DNA of 64,000 bases from the human T2T-CHM13v2.0 reference genome, Homo sapiens, in assembly GCF_009914755.1 (NCBI RefSeq), contig NC_060939.1, one strand, 5' to 3'. Positions 11,980 through 26,370 of this stretch are shown here, piece after piece (the first letter of the stretch is position 1; each line of letters starts with the position of its first letter). The position numbers were made by a program, and so were the translations under genes. The notes under the pieces were generated by a model. That model had not been told where the DNA came from, did no database searches, and saw nothing but the letters and a program-made list of their open reading frames with translations.

Positions 11980-14324
11980 CAGATGGGTAATTTAAAGCAA
12001 GAGGATGGAAATTTTAGGAAAGAATCAAAAGAAAGTGCTTGAAATGAAAAACATTATAACCAAAATAAAGAATGGCTTTGGGCTTATCAATAGCCTGGGC
12101 ATAGCTGACGAAAGAAGCAGTGAGCTTGAAGATATGCCAATTCAAAACTGAAATGCAAAGAAAGAAAACAAGATATTCAGGAACTGTGGGACAATTGCGA
12201 AAGGTGTAACATATGCATATATGTAATACCAGAGGGAGAAAAGGGAATGGAACAGAATAAATATTGGAAATAATAATGTTCAATTTTTTTCCCTAGTGAA
12301 TGATAGATACCAAACCACAAATCCAAAAAGCTCAGAAAACACCAAGTAAAATAAATGTAAAAAACCCTACATCCAACCCTATCATATTCAAACTTCAGAA
12401 AACCAAAGACAGAGAAAATCTTGAAAGAAGCCAGAGGAGTTAAAAATGAAATACTTTGATGTAAGTCTAACAAAACATGTACAGTACCTGTATGTTGAAA
12501 ACTACAAAATAGTGATGAAAGAAATAAAAAATCTAAATAATGCAAGAAATATTTTGTGTTCATAGATTAGGGAATACAACATAGTAAAAATGTCTGTTTT
12601 CAAACTGACATATAGGTTTAACATAATTCCTATTCAAATCTTAACAAGGTTGTAGATATAGACACAATTATTTAAAAATGTATATTTAAAAGCAAAGGGA
12701 CTAAAGAATTATGAAAATGATGAGTAAAGTGAGAGGAATTACTCTAACAATATTAAGACCTACTGTGTAGCTACATCAATCAAGACAATGTGGTATTGGC
12801 AATGGGATAGACACATAGATTATTGCAACAGAACAGAGAACTCAGAAATAGACCCATGTATGGACAGCCAACTCATTTTTAACAAAGGTGCAAAAATAAT
12901 TCAATGGAAGAAGGATAGTTTTTCCTTCCTTTCTTCCTTCCTTTCTTTTTCTTTCTTTCTCCATTCTTTCTTTCTTTCATTTTTCTCCTCCTGCTCCTAG
13001 AACAATTTGATTTTCACAGGCAAAAAAAGGCACTTTGACCGAATTATCATGCCTTATCCAAAAATTCTCAAAAAGGAACAGATTTAATGTAAATCGTAAA
13101 ACTATAAAACTTTAAGAAGATACCTATAAGAAGATAAATCTTTGAAACTTTAGACATGACACCAAAAGCACATTTTATAAAAGGAAAAATTAATATATCT
13201 GACTTCATTAAATTTTAAATCGAGCTCTGTGGAAAACTCTGATGAGAGAAAACTATAGACTGGGGGAAAATATTTGCAAGCTGCATATTCAACAACAAAA
13301 TCCTATCTAGCATATATAAATAATTCTTAAGAGTCAGCTCTTGTTAGAAAAACAAACAATCCAATTAGAAAATGAGAAAAAGAGATGAAGAGACATTTCA
13401 CCGAAGAAGATATATACATGGCAGATAAGTACATGAAAAGATGTTCACTGTCACTAGCTAGTAGGGCAACACAAGTGCAGACAGTAATGAGATATCATCA
13501 CATATTTATTAGAACAACTAAAATAAAAAACAATGACAATACCAAATGCTGGAGGGGTTGTGGAGAAACTGGATCGGTCATATATCACTACTTAGGAATG
13601 TAAGAAGATGCAATCACTCTAGAAAATATTTTGGGAGTTTCTTTAAGAAAACTAAACATACATTTACCATACAATTTAGCAATTGCACTCTTAGGCATTT
13701 ATCCCAGAGAAATAAGAGGTTGTGTCTGCACAAAAACTGTACATGATTGTTCAGGGCAGCTTTACTTTTAATGGTGAACAATTGGAAACTACCAAAACGT
13801 TCCTTAGTAAGTGAAGTTAAACAAGCTGTGGTACGCCCATCGTCTATACCATGGAATGCAGAGAATGGACTATGCATACACATAAACTTTGATGAGTCCC
13901 AAGAGCATTTTGCTGAGTGATTTAAAAAAATCCCAAAAAGTCACATGTCATATGATTTCATTGTATAGCCTTGTCAAAATGATGACATTATGGAGTTGGA
14001 AAGCAGATGACTGGTTTCCAAGGTTAAGGAGGGTGAAGGGAGGGGAATAAGTGCAGTTACCTAGGTGTAGCAGAGTGCAGTGTCGGTGGTGATGAAATAG
14101 TTATTGTGATGATCACGTGAATCTGTACATGGGAGAAGAGAAAGAGACAGAGACAGAGCTGTACACTCACATTGTAGCAATGTCAATTTTCTGATTTGGG
14201 TATCATGCTATAATTATGAAAGATGTAACCATTGTGGAAATCTCAGTAAAAGGGTACATGAGACCCCTATACTATCCTTGCAAAGTCCTGTGGGTCTATA
14301 ATCATGTCAAACTAAAAAGTTTGG

Positions 14325-14764
<440 letters not shown>

Positions 14765-15329
14765 TCAGATCAGCCTTTCCAGAAGCATGGAGGTGGGAAC
14801 AGGTGGAGGATCCGTCAGGGTGCCTTTGGCCAAAAGTAACAGAAGTTTTGTCTAAAAGTGGCTTGATGAAGAGGGGTTTGTTGTAAGTGTTGGCTGTTCT
14901 CTGATGGCCCTTCCACATCCATACACTGCACTTCTCTGTGTCCTGGGGAGCTGACCTCACCACCACCTGGGCTCCCTCTTGGATTCAGCCAGTGAATCCA
15001 AGAACCTTTCCCTTCCCTTCCCTTCAGGACTTCAGAAGGTGCCAGGTGGCAGAGGTTCCAGTATTTGAACCACCTTTTCCACACTGGGCTGCAGTTTTGA
15101 AAATAACTAAAGAGTTACTTGACCTGATCCCTCATGCCCTGTGAATTAAGTCTCACCAGGTCAAGGGAACCACCTCTTCCTCGCCTTCACCGATGTGGTG
15201 TAGCAATTCATAGCTTCCTGCTGCTGCCTGTTCCTGGATGTTTTGGCGACCCTTGCAAGTTTCTTTCATCTCACCCACACTTCTGCCACCAGAACCTCCA
15301 CTAACCTCTTCAGTGAACCCTTTGAGAGT

Positions 15330-15800
15330 GGTCTATGTTCTGCAAGAATATAATCTGAAATTGAACATCAACTCACATAACAAGAATTCTGGGGCAGATG
15401 GTTCCAGGTTTGGTTCACCTGCAAACTTATTTCAACAAGCGTCCAAGCTCTTTCGTCTTTGGCATATGGTCTCAGCATTAGTTTCATCCTCTAGCGGTCC
15501 AACTTGTTAACGTTTCAGGCAACCTAATATAAGCACAACAACAGGATTGTCTAAGGGTGACACTGGAGATGTGTGTGTGTGTGCGCGCGTGCATGTGTCT
15601 TTGTATAAAAGCAGAAATGCTTCCTTTACACTTCTTTTAGGTCCCATGGGCCAGGATTAGATCCATGTCCATGCCCTGGCTACAGGGGTGTGGAAGTAAC
15701 TATTCAGTATTTTTATCCTCTGTGATAAGAGGTGGGCTCTGACCACTGGCAAGAAGTGAATGGCAAGATCAATGGGAGGGAGGCAATTAATCATGTCCTC
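15330..15800 (-). mobile_element. Old MLT1-type MaLR LTR remnant
   Basis: Degenerate motifs such as catgggccaggattagatccatgtccatgccctggctacagggg; boundaries uncertain. Confidence 0.4.
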
Positions 15801-16873
15801 CTGACTTGGAAGATCACAGGCTGACCATGTGGTGGCGTGGGGCTGAGGAAGATGGTGGGGAGAGTGGGGCCACTTCACAGAGAGTTTTGTGTGTCAAAGA
15901 CGTAATCCAAGAATCATTCAGGTTCACTTAAGGACCTAAACCAGCAGTAAAGTGACAGAGACAGAGCATTTTTGCCTCTATAGCTTCCAATGGTCACTTT
16001 CAAGAACCCATACTGGGAGTAAGATGGAATATTCTAGACTAGAGAGGGATAAGCTCCCTGGCCAGTCTGCACAAGGCTCATTGGTTTCTGGGCTCCTCAG
16101 TGTATTCCACTTGCCTGCCTGTCTACGTCTGTACAGCACCACGTTATCTTAACAATGATGACTTTATAATAAGTTTATAATAAGCCCAACTTGTATTTCT
16201 TCTTCTAGAGGGTCTGGGAAATTTTTGACTTTTTACAGACTGATATAAATTTTAGAATCAATTTGTCAAGGTCCACAAAAAACTCTTTTGGAACTTTGAT
16301 TGGGTTTTCATTTAATGTATAAATTAGTTCAGGAAGAAATGAAATCTTTATAACGTTTTGTTTTAAAACTCACAAACACAGCATCTCTCTATTTATTTAA
16401 ATCATTTTTACTGCCTCTCAATAAAGTTTCAAAATTTTCCCATAGTATTTTAAAACACATTTTATTAAATTATTACTGGCTACTTACTATTTTATGATTT
16501 TGCTGTTAATGGCAGTTTTTTAAAAGTACTTTTAAATTATGTCTTGTTAACATATAGAAATACAATTCATTTTTATTTTTACTTAATATACAACAACCTT
16601 ATTGAACTCGATTAATTCTAACATTTTATGTTATTTTTCCATACATAATCATATTATATCTATAATGTCTTATTTATTTGTTTCTAACTCTTGTATCTTT
16701 GGTATATTTTTCTAGATGGCTAGTACTTTTAATAAATATTTCAATAAAATGTTAAGTAGAAGTGGAGATAGAAAGCACCCTTACATCCTTATTATATTCA
16801 CATTTCAAATAGAAAACTTTCAATGTGTCACCAATAAAGATAACATTTGCTGTAGGTTTTGTGTGTGTGTGCT

Positions 16874-17164
16874 TTTTTTTCTTTTTTTTTGAGACAGGGT
16901 CTCACTCTGTTGCCCAGGCTGTGGCGTGATCACAACTCCTTGCAGCCTTGACCTTCTGGGCTTAAGCAGTCCTCCCATGTCAACCTCCTGAGTAGCTGAG
17001 ACTACAGGTGTGCACCATTACACCCAGCTAATTTTTTAAATCTGGTAGAGACAGGGCCTCATCATGTTGCCCAGGCTAGTCTTGGGCTCTTGGCCTCAAG
17101 CAATGCTCCCTCCCTCGGCCTCCCAAGGTGCTGGGATTACAGGCGTGAGCTACCATGCCTGGCC
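16874..17164 (-). mobile_element. AluJ element
   Basis: gagacagggtctcactctgttgcccaggct ... gcagccttgacc ... ggcttaagc. Confidence 0.9.
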
Positions 17165-17453
17165 TTTGTAGGGTTTTTGAATATTCCTTTTTATCAGGTT
17201 ATCTAAGCTTTTTCTCTGTTTCTAATTTTCTAGAGGTTTCTAATAATCAATAGATGTCAAATTTTAATAAATCCTTTTCCCACGTCTGTTGGGATTTTTC
17301 TGTTAAATGATCATGATAATGGGTAAATTATATTACTTAGTTTTCTATTGATTAAAGCAATCTTGCATTCCGGACACAAACTCAACTTGGTATTGATATA
17401 CTTGTATTGTCCTCTTTATATATTTTTGAATTTTGCTTGCTATAATGTTGTAT

Positions 17454-17456
<3 letters not shown>

Positions 17457-17521
<65 letters not shown>
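17457..17521. repeat. (TG)n microsatellite, interrupted
   Basis: About 30 TG units with two TT interruptions. Confidence 0.95.
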
Positions 17522-18902
17522 ATTCAAATGAGGTTGGCCTATATAATTTTCCTGTCAGGCTTTGCAATCAAGGTTATGTGATCAACTTAATATCAACTTA
17601 AAATAGTTTCAAAGTATACACCCTCTCACCAATCTTTGTGTAAATAAGATTAAAAGAATATTTCCAATTTGTGCCTGAAATTTTCATTATGCGATGATTT
17701 TTAAATTTCTGATTTAATTTCTTTAATGATATTAGGACAGTTCAAGTTTAGATGTTCCTCTGTCCCTACTTTTAAAAAATAAATTGGTTGTTAAATCCAT
17801 AATCTTGATCAGAATCAGGGGTTTAGATTTTGGCAAGAATACATCATGGCAGAGTTGTATACTTCCAGCAGGAGGCACAAACGTCTATGTAGCTGTCTCA
17901 TTGTGATGAGAGATGCCATTGGTGATACTTGCCTAGACCCAGCAATTCACTGGTAGTTACAAAATTATGATAATCTAAGTATATATTTTTCTTCTTCACA
18001 TCCTGGATGGAATATTTCAACAAAGAAAAACTTTCTGGCTATTATTTTGTTACTGTAGTGTACAGTTTGTACAGGAAAGGCAGAACCAAAGCTTTCATTC
18101 TTTCCCTTTATCCCAAAATAATGAATTGCTCTTCCTAGCATCAACCAAATGACACCAGAGTTTTTGCTGTTGTTGTTGTATTATCTTTACAAATTAACGG
18201 ATTAATAAACACATTTGCTTTGTTTTAGTTTGTAGCATGATTGCCCTTATTAATGCTACAATTTCCCATCTTGTCCACCAAGTGTTTCTTTAGGTTAACT
18301 CCTGAATCCTTTTGACACAAACTTAAGAGTCTCTCATAACTTCCTTGTTTTCTAATAATATGGGTTCATCTAATACATTTCCTCCTCCAGAGCCATAAAA
18401 GCCATTTCTCTAATGAGCCCTGGTCCTTCTATTGAGAAATGGCATTTAGACACCACAATCTGGGGATCAGGAGTGCTCATGGTTAATGGGTTGTCATTGT
18501 TTCTGTACCATTTCAGTGGGAAGGAGTAGAAATATGTGTTTTGTTTTTTTCCTAAAGATGTATATACATCATGGATTCATATAGACCTTTCCAATTCAAA
18601 TTTAAAACTACAGAAGTTTTACTTAACCTCATTGATCTTACTTCTCTATCTGCTTTTACTTTACCTAAAATTCCCACTAATTTGCTTTTCCCAAAAACTG
18701 TATCTGTCTTGAATGTTAGCACTAATAAATTCCCAATTATCCAACTACCTGTCTGTGCTTCGTTTACTTTGTTTTGATTTTGATTTTTAGAAATTATTTC
18801 TATTTAGTTTTGTCTTATGATTGTAGAAAATATATGGTTCAAAGTTAAATTTATAAAGCATACTAAATTGAAAGAAATCTATGGTTTATTTTTTTCACTT
18901 TT

Positions 18903-19355
18903 ATGTCAGTCTATTTTGTGTTGCTGTAACAGAATACCTGAGACTGAATAATTTATACAGAAAAGCATTTTATTTTATGGTTCTGCAGTCTGGGAAGTTC
19001 AAGGGGAATGGTGCTGGTGTCTGCTGGGCTTCTGGTAAGAGTTTTTGTGCCAGGACAATACATGGTAGAAGGTCAAAGGGGAAGTGGACATGTGCAAAGA
19101 GGGCTCAAACATGAGGAGGAACCTCCCTTTATAACAACCTACTCTCCTAGGAACTAATTCATGCCTATGAGAACTAATCCAATCCCGTGGGAGTGAGAAC
19201 TCACTCACTACCTCAAGAAGGGCATCAAACTCTTTAGGAGGGATCTGCCCCCATCACTCAACACTTTCCACGAAGCTTCACTTCCCAGCACGGCCACACT
19301 GGCAATTAAACTACTACACAAGTTTTAATGGGGATAAACCACATCCAAATCAGAA
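18903..19355 (-). mobile_element. MST-family MaLR LTR
   Basis: gtcagtctattttgtgttgctgtaacagaatacctgagactg ... cacatccaaatca. Confidence 0.8.
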
Positions 19356-19357
19356 AG

Positions 19358-20522
19358 AATCACTCCTCATTATTTGTAGATTCCATATTTGCAAGTTTGC
19401 TTACTCATTAAAATTTATTTGCCACACCCAAATCAATACTAGTTGCACTTTGGTGGTTATTCATGGTACAAAACAGTAAAAAAAATGTGGCATTTGACCC
19501 ATCCCAACTGAGGTGGAACAAGGCAACATTTTGCATTCTTATTTTAGCTCTCATATTGCAAAAAGGGTCCTTTCCTTGGTCTATTAGTGCCACATTTTTT
19601 GAATTTTGTGCTTTTATATTGGTGATTTCACTGTTTAAAATGGCCCCCAAGCATAGTGCAAGAAGACTGTGACATACCTGAAAGAAAATACATGTGTTAG
19701 AGAAGCTTTGTTCAGGTATGAGTTATAGTGCTGTTGACAATTAGTTCAATGCTAATAAATCAACCATATAGTACATCAAGAGAAAGGAAGGAAGAAGAAA
19801 ATCTGATGCTTTATATATATGACACCACTCTGGAAATGGGCTAAAGTAACATCTATAAGATGTGATGAAGCTATGGAAAAGATAGAAAAGTGGTTAAATT
19901 TCTGTATTCATGAGATGATGACAACTAATTTAAAAAAAAAGCATAGTTGACAGGATTGTGTGAAGTTGAAAGCCAAAGGAATTGGAATTGGAAAAGTCAA
20001 AGGCTCATGCTATTGAAGGACAGGATAATAGGAAACCCTTCTCAGCTAGTGCTGGCTGGCTTGCACATTTCAAAAGGTGATATGGTGTGAAAAATGTTAA
20101 AATTGCTGTTGAGGTATATGAAGCAGGTCCTTTGGATTAGGAGGCTGCAGAATAATTTTTAAAATATCTGCTATGTGTTGAATGGGAAAAGGGTTATGTG
20201 GAAGACTGATGAGACAACCGGCTCATTTTACAAGGATGTTGGAAAACAAATCTATAAACTACATGTGATCTCCAAAGCCCCTGGCTTGAAATCATTCAAA
20301 CACCATGCGATTAATTATTTATTAGAAATGTATATATAATAAGGTATGTTTAAACAGAAACACACATAAAACAAGGTTGTGTATTGGTTGGTTGGCAATA
20401 ATGTTGTGACCAGAGGCTAATAAGAATCTCTGTATTTTTCCTAGAAGCAGTGGTTCAGTATTTACTAATTCAGTATTCTTGGTGGCTTTATAGAAGATAA
20501 ATATCATGAATAACAGGAACAA
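19358..20522 (+). mobile_element. MER82-related Tigger DNA transposon retaining a transposase remnant
   Basis: MER82-like termini; plus strand encodes MEKIEKWLNFCIHEM and FSASAGWLAHFKR*YGVKNVKI (from 20039), the CENP-B-type HTH motif of pogo/Tigger transposases. Confidence 0.7.
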
Positions 20523-20545
20523 TAAGAGCTATCTAAGCTATCACC

Positions 20546-20601
20546 TATCTATCTATCTATCTATCTATCTATCTCTATCTATTTATCTATCTATCTATCT
20601 A
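20546..20601. repeat. (TCTA)n tetranucleotide repeat
   Basis: Tandem ctat units, seen directly. Confidence 0.95.
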
Positions 20602-20621
20602 GTCTGATTTAAACCTTACAA

Positions 20622-20959
20622 CACGGGTCCCCAGTGCCTCCCCGGGCTGCAGACTGGTATTGGTCCATGGCCCGTTAGGAACTGAGAGGAGGAGGTGAGA
20701 AGGGGTGAGCATGATCACCTGAGCTCTGCATCCTGTCAGATCAGCAGAGGCATTAGATTCTCACAGGGGTACACACCCTATTGAGAACTGCGCATGCAAG
20801 GAATCTAGGTTGTACACTCCTATGAGAATCTAATGAATGCCTGATGATCTGAAGTGGAACAGTTGCATCCTGAAACTATCCCCCGTCCAGCTCCTTGTCC
20901 GTGAAAAAATTGTCTTCCACAAAACTGCTCCCTTGTGCCAAAAAGGTTGAGGACCATAA
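20622..20959 (+). mobile_element. MER1B (Charlie3-derived hAT MITE)
   Basis: cacgggtcccc ... aaaaggttgaggacc; exact 8-bp TSD CCTTACAA at 20614-20621 and 20960-20967. Confidence 0.9.
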
Positions 20960-22004
20960 CCTTACAACGTATCCTGGAGCTCACTCCCTGGCAATATTCC
21001 TTTTAATATGAGTATAGCATTACACCTTGTGCATGTACCATAGTCTACGGATAAGGAGCTGGGTGTGCCAGTCAGCTAAGACTGCCCAAATCCAAGTTCA
21101 AGGTCTGAGGTTCCCTGTGCCACACAGATGACTCAAAACCAGGTTGCAAGTCCTGGCATGGTTGGTTTATGTCCACTTCACCCTTTCCCTGCATGTTGTT
21201 GGCCTTTGGAGTCCTAGCTTTATGTGAGTACAGTGTGCCAGTAGCCCCATTTCAGAAAGCCTGGGCATTTGACTTTTATTTCTTCTAATCTGATTTCAGT
21301 TTTCCTGCTATTTCTTTGTTTATAGAGGAAATCCTCAGGGCAAAATTCGCTTTGAGCCTTCAGCTTATTTTTTTCTGGCTCTTGTCTTCTTTCAAAGTAT
21401 GGTCCTGTAATTCTTCACTCTCATTGGCTCTTTGATGCTTTTAAGATAATATATTTCAACATCATACAGATATTTTCATTTTTCTCAGAGCAAGGATTGG
21501 TCTGAATTACCCAGCCTGCCATTACTAGAACCATTTGTTACTTTTACAGTTGGGGAAAAAATTAAAAAGAAACATCCATGCATATTTGGGAGATCAGTGT
21601 CAGTTTTGACTTGTAGATGCTGAACCCAAGAAAAATACAATGTTAGTATTTTTCTCCTTTGGGAATAAAATAATTTTCTTTCTCATAGCATAAGCCCAAG
21701 CACCTTGGAAGCTAAAACGACTATGTATGTCTCAGAATGCCCCCAGAGCAGTTAATGAGAATGGACTGTGATTTGTAGGGAAGGATTATGAATCTTTTCA
21801 GAGACACATTTCCAGCACACCCACGTCTCATTATCCCAAGTCACGGGAGAGTTTATGGAAGTAGTGTGGCCCCCAGAGCCTGACCTTCACCTCTCCAGTG
21901 CAATACAGCAGCAAGAGAATTAGCAGATAAACAGACGAAAGAATGAGCAAATGAAGGAACAAACCAAAGATCATTTGTTTTTCTTTTTTTTAATTTTCAA
22001 AAGT

Positions 22005-22132
22005 TTTTTTTTTTTTTTTTTTTTTTTTTAGACACAGGGTCTCACTATGTTGCCCAGGCTGGTCTTAAAGGAATCCTCCCTCTGTGACCTCCCAAAGTGT
22101 TGGGATTACAGGCGTGAGCCACCTCACCCGAC
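22005..22132 (-). mobile_element. FLAM_C / Alu left monomer with long T tail
   Basis: gacacagggtctcactatgttgcccaggctggtctt...gggattacaggcgtgagccac. Confidence 0.85.
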
Positions 22133-22249
22133 CATAGACCATCTGTTTCCAGGCCTGAGCTCGATAAGAAGCCCAGTGCTACATTTTCAAAGACCTGAGT
22201 GGCCACTGAGAGAATATCCAAAGACAATTTAAATCAGACTGTGGATGCA

Positions 22250-23320
22250 ATTATCACGCGCCCGATGATGTGCCTCATTTTCTATACAGAGGCCCTTTTC
22301 AGGAGATGCTGTACCTCCAGATCATAAAATCAGGTAGATGACCTCTGCAGATCGGGCTGTTCCCAGGAGGGCTGAGCGCAGCAGTCAGAAGCTGGCACGG
22401 AAGGGAGAAGGAGGCCGATGGGAACAGCACTGACAACAGCCCGTGACAGGGCCGGCCCTTCTGTCTGCACCAGCCCAGCACGCCGGGCTGCACAGCAGAT
22501 TCTCCAACGCGTCTTCCAGACCTCAGCTTCCACACTGTGACGGTTAGCAAGGCTGACGGGCGTGGACGGCGAGGGGTCGGGAAGAGTGAGAACGTTTAGG
22601 ATCATGCATGTCTAATTTTATTGAAGCAGGGGCCCATCTAGCTGTGCGGCTGATTCCATATGTCAGGCAGGGCGGCGTGTAAACGGCCCTGAAGTTGCGC
22701 CGTCTGTCTGTGTGAACAGGAGCTGCTTCCTCCGCAGGACTCCAGCTGCTGTCCGTGGCCGGGCCATGCGATGGAAATGGAAACAGCAGAGTAAGGCGGT
22801 GCTGATGTGTGTGCCCGATTTCTCCTCGGGAGGAAAGCCCTCTTGGTGTTGAAGTGATATTAGTGTAGTCGCCATTCTCTGCAACCACCAAGGGCCTGCT
22901 GGATGACTCCTGCTGTCAGTCTTGAATCCATGCTCTGTCACGATGGTATGCAGAGAAACAGCTCTGCCCAGCCGCGCGGAGAGCATGCAGCCTGGAGAAT
23001 GTTTCTGAAATCCAGATTCTCAGATCAGGTTCTGAGCTGGGGAAAGCCCCGTGTCTCTGGACAGCTCTGGTTTCCAGAGTGAATAACCCATCTCCTGTTG
23101 GCAGAGACAGCGGTCTGAGTGGGCTTATTCCTTAGCCGGCAAGCCTTTGGCTTTTCCCGGCTGTCCTGGAGCTGCAGAGCCTTCAGCCGGCCTCTCCGAA
23201 CGAGTGGTCGCTGGATCCCGGTTCCTGCTCCACCAGCAGCGACTTTGGAGGCATTCCTTAGCAGAGGGACTGCGCTGATTCCAGACAAGGGAATACACCC
23301 TGTGAGACTGACGCTCCTCA
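22250..23320. promoter_or_regulatory. Weak CpG-island-like unique segment (candidate enhancer/promoter)
   Basis: About 50 CpG counted by eye in ~1.07 kb of non-repeat, GC-rich DNA against a CpG-depleted background. Confidence 0.5.
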
Positions 23321-24014
23321 CTTCCTCAGTCACCACAGGTCCTCCTCCATCTCTTCTTCTTCTCCTTCTCCTTCCTCTTTCAAATTGCAGTTTATTCTCT
23401 TTTTCCAGATTCCATTTTATTGCCAACATCAAACTCTTCTCAGACTTCTGGCACAACTTTGGAAAGGCATAAAAGCCTAAAAAGGAATTAAAAACAAACA
23501 AACGGGCAAAAAGCCCAGCCCAGTTCCTGCCTTGCTGTGTTTCCTGTTCCTTTGATTAAGAAAGTGGCCCGCACAACTCACAGATGCGCCTTCTGGGTCC
23601 TCAGGGCCAATGCGATTTCCTCCTGAGATAACATATCTGGGACAGCGTTGAAAATTTACTTTTTTTTTTTTCTATTAAGAAACTCTTTCTGGAATTTGTG
23701 CCTTGCTGTATTTGGCAGCTTTGATGAATGTTTTGATCATCTATTCTATTGGTTCTTATAATTTGCTGTTTATGTGCCTGGACCATTCCTTGCAGACCTG
23801 GCCCACTTCGGGAGTATTTCCATAGGTCCAATGAGGTCTATACAGGGGTTCACTGAGACCATAGTCTTGGAAACTGAGCTGCTTCATAGAGTCTATTTAC
23901 TTGAAGAAAAAGGTGGCCTTCACGGAAATGTGTGACTTGACGTTGTGGTTTCTTCCTTATTACTTACAGAGATTTCACCATACTTTATATTTACTTTCCT
24001 TAAAAATTATGATT

Positions 24015-24572
24015 ATCCCAAAAAAGTTAAACATAGAATTACCATATGGTCCAGCAATTCCAACTTCTGGTTATATACTCCAAACAATTCAAAGCAGGGA
24101 CTTGAACAGGAATTTGCACACCCATGCTTAGCAGCAGTGTTCACAAAAACCAAAAGTGGGGAAACAACTCAAATGTCCATCAATGGATGAATGGATACAC
24201 AAAATCTGGTATATCCGTAAAAGGGAATATTATTCAGCCTTGAAAATGAAGGAAATTCTGTCAAATGCTGCAACATGGATGAACTTTGATGACATTATTA
24301 TGCTAAGTAAAACAAGCCACTCACAAAAGGACAGATACTGTATGATTCCATGTATATGAGGTACCTAGAGTAGTCAAATTCACGGAGACAGAAAGCGGAG
24401 TGGTGTTTGCCAGGAGTTAGGGAGAAGGGAATGGTGAGTTATAGATGAGAGTTTCAGTTTTGCAAGAAGATTTCTAGAGATGGATGGTGGTGATGTGAAT
24501 GTACTCAATGTCACTGAACTGGTTAAAATGATATATTTTATGTTATATATATATATACATACACAATAAAAA
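24015..24572 (+). mobile_element. L1MB 3' end
   Basis: aaagttaaacatagaattaccatatg...gaggtacctagagtagtcaaattca...cacaataaaaa. Confidence 0.85.
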
Positions 24573-24881
24573 TGTGACTAGTTTGGATTCGTATACATTA
24601 AACCATGCTCTACCTACAGAGCAAGAGTGCTCTGGAAGGGAAAGGCACAGAGCCTCTGTAAAGGGAGGGTTTGGGGCCTGCCTGTAGGCACTGGCTTCCT
24701 TTCGTCGGTAGGTCTACATTTGTATACAAACATTAGCTTGTCTGTATTGCCTTGAAAAAGCTGTTGAAGAAGTTTTTCCACTGTCATAAACCAGCCTAAG
24801 AGGCCACTGCTGAAACTCTCTTGACCCTATTGGTTTTTTATAGTTTACAGAAAATTAGTTGTGTTTTGTCTGTTTGTTTTC

Positions 24882-25032
24882 ATTTTTGTTTTTTTGGTTT
24901 TTTTTTTTTTTTTGTAGAGATGGGGTCTTGCTATGTTGCCCAGACTGGTTTTGAATTCCTGGGCTCAAATTATCCTCCTGCCTTGGCCTCCCAGAATGCT
25001 GGGATTGCAGGTGTGAGCTATTGAGCCCAACC
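24882..25032 (-). mobile_element. FLAM_C Alu monomer
   Basis: tgtagagatggggtcttgctatgttgcccag...gggattgcaggtgtgagc. Confidence 0.85.
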
Positions 25033-25519
25033 AGGAAATTAGTTTTTATATGCCTAGAGTACTTATTGCAACACCAAAATAAAGGGTACATTGTGTATGG
25101 ACCTTGATTCCCTTTCTTTAAGTAACCTTAGAAGGCATCAACGTAGAAAGAAAGAGAAGTTTCTGAAAAAGTTTTCAGTTTAGGGTTTATTGCTAAAGGA
25201 ACTCGAACCAAAGTGCTGGACTGAAGCTCCTGGGTTATTCTGACTCAAAGCATCTTTGGGGCCTATAAGCAACATTGTTAACTGCTGATATTCATGGATG
25301 GCTTAGTAAAGTAATCTCACAGTATTGGCACCCAGACAAAGATGAAGGAAAGCCCTTCAATACAGTTACAACATGACTTCATGGTATTTCTAGAACTATC
25401 AAGTCCGATTTGGTATGCTTTTAAAGCTTGGGAAATATTTTCAATAGTCAAGTTAAAGTACACTTGATGAAAATGTTTACACTAAACCTAACTGAATCTT
25501 TTTGTCTGACTTCTGGTTT

Positions 25520-26370
<851 letters not shown>

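Larger units (their letters stand above)
8271..14322 (+). mobile_element. Old L1M (L1MC/MD-like) LINE: 5'UTR, ORF1, ORF2 3' part and 3'UTR, with several nested insertions
   Basis: ORF1-like caagaacagatgggtaattt|aaagcaagaggatggaaa is split by the L1PA; ORF2 C-terminal remnants in ORFs 12788 and 13385; 3'UTR ends near 14322. Confidence 0.7.
16180..18790 (-). mobile_element. Old L1M fragments (ORF2 and L1MC-like 3'UTR), antisense
   Basis: Motifs aattttagaatcaatttgtcaag, tttgctgtaggtttt, ttttggcaagaatac. Confidence 0.6.

Noticed and set aside
23025-23501. 158-aa minus-strand ORF with an Arg run (GRRRRRRRDGGG)
   Set aside because: The run is the read-out of a CTT/CTC-rich tract; non-ATG start; no homology that I recognise.
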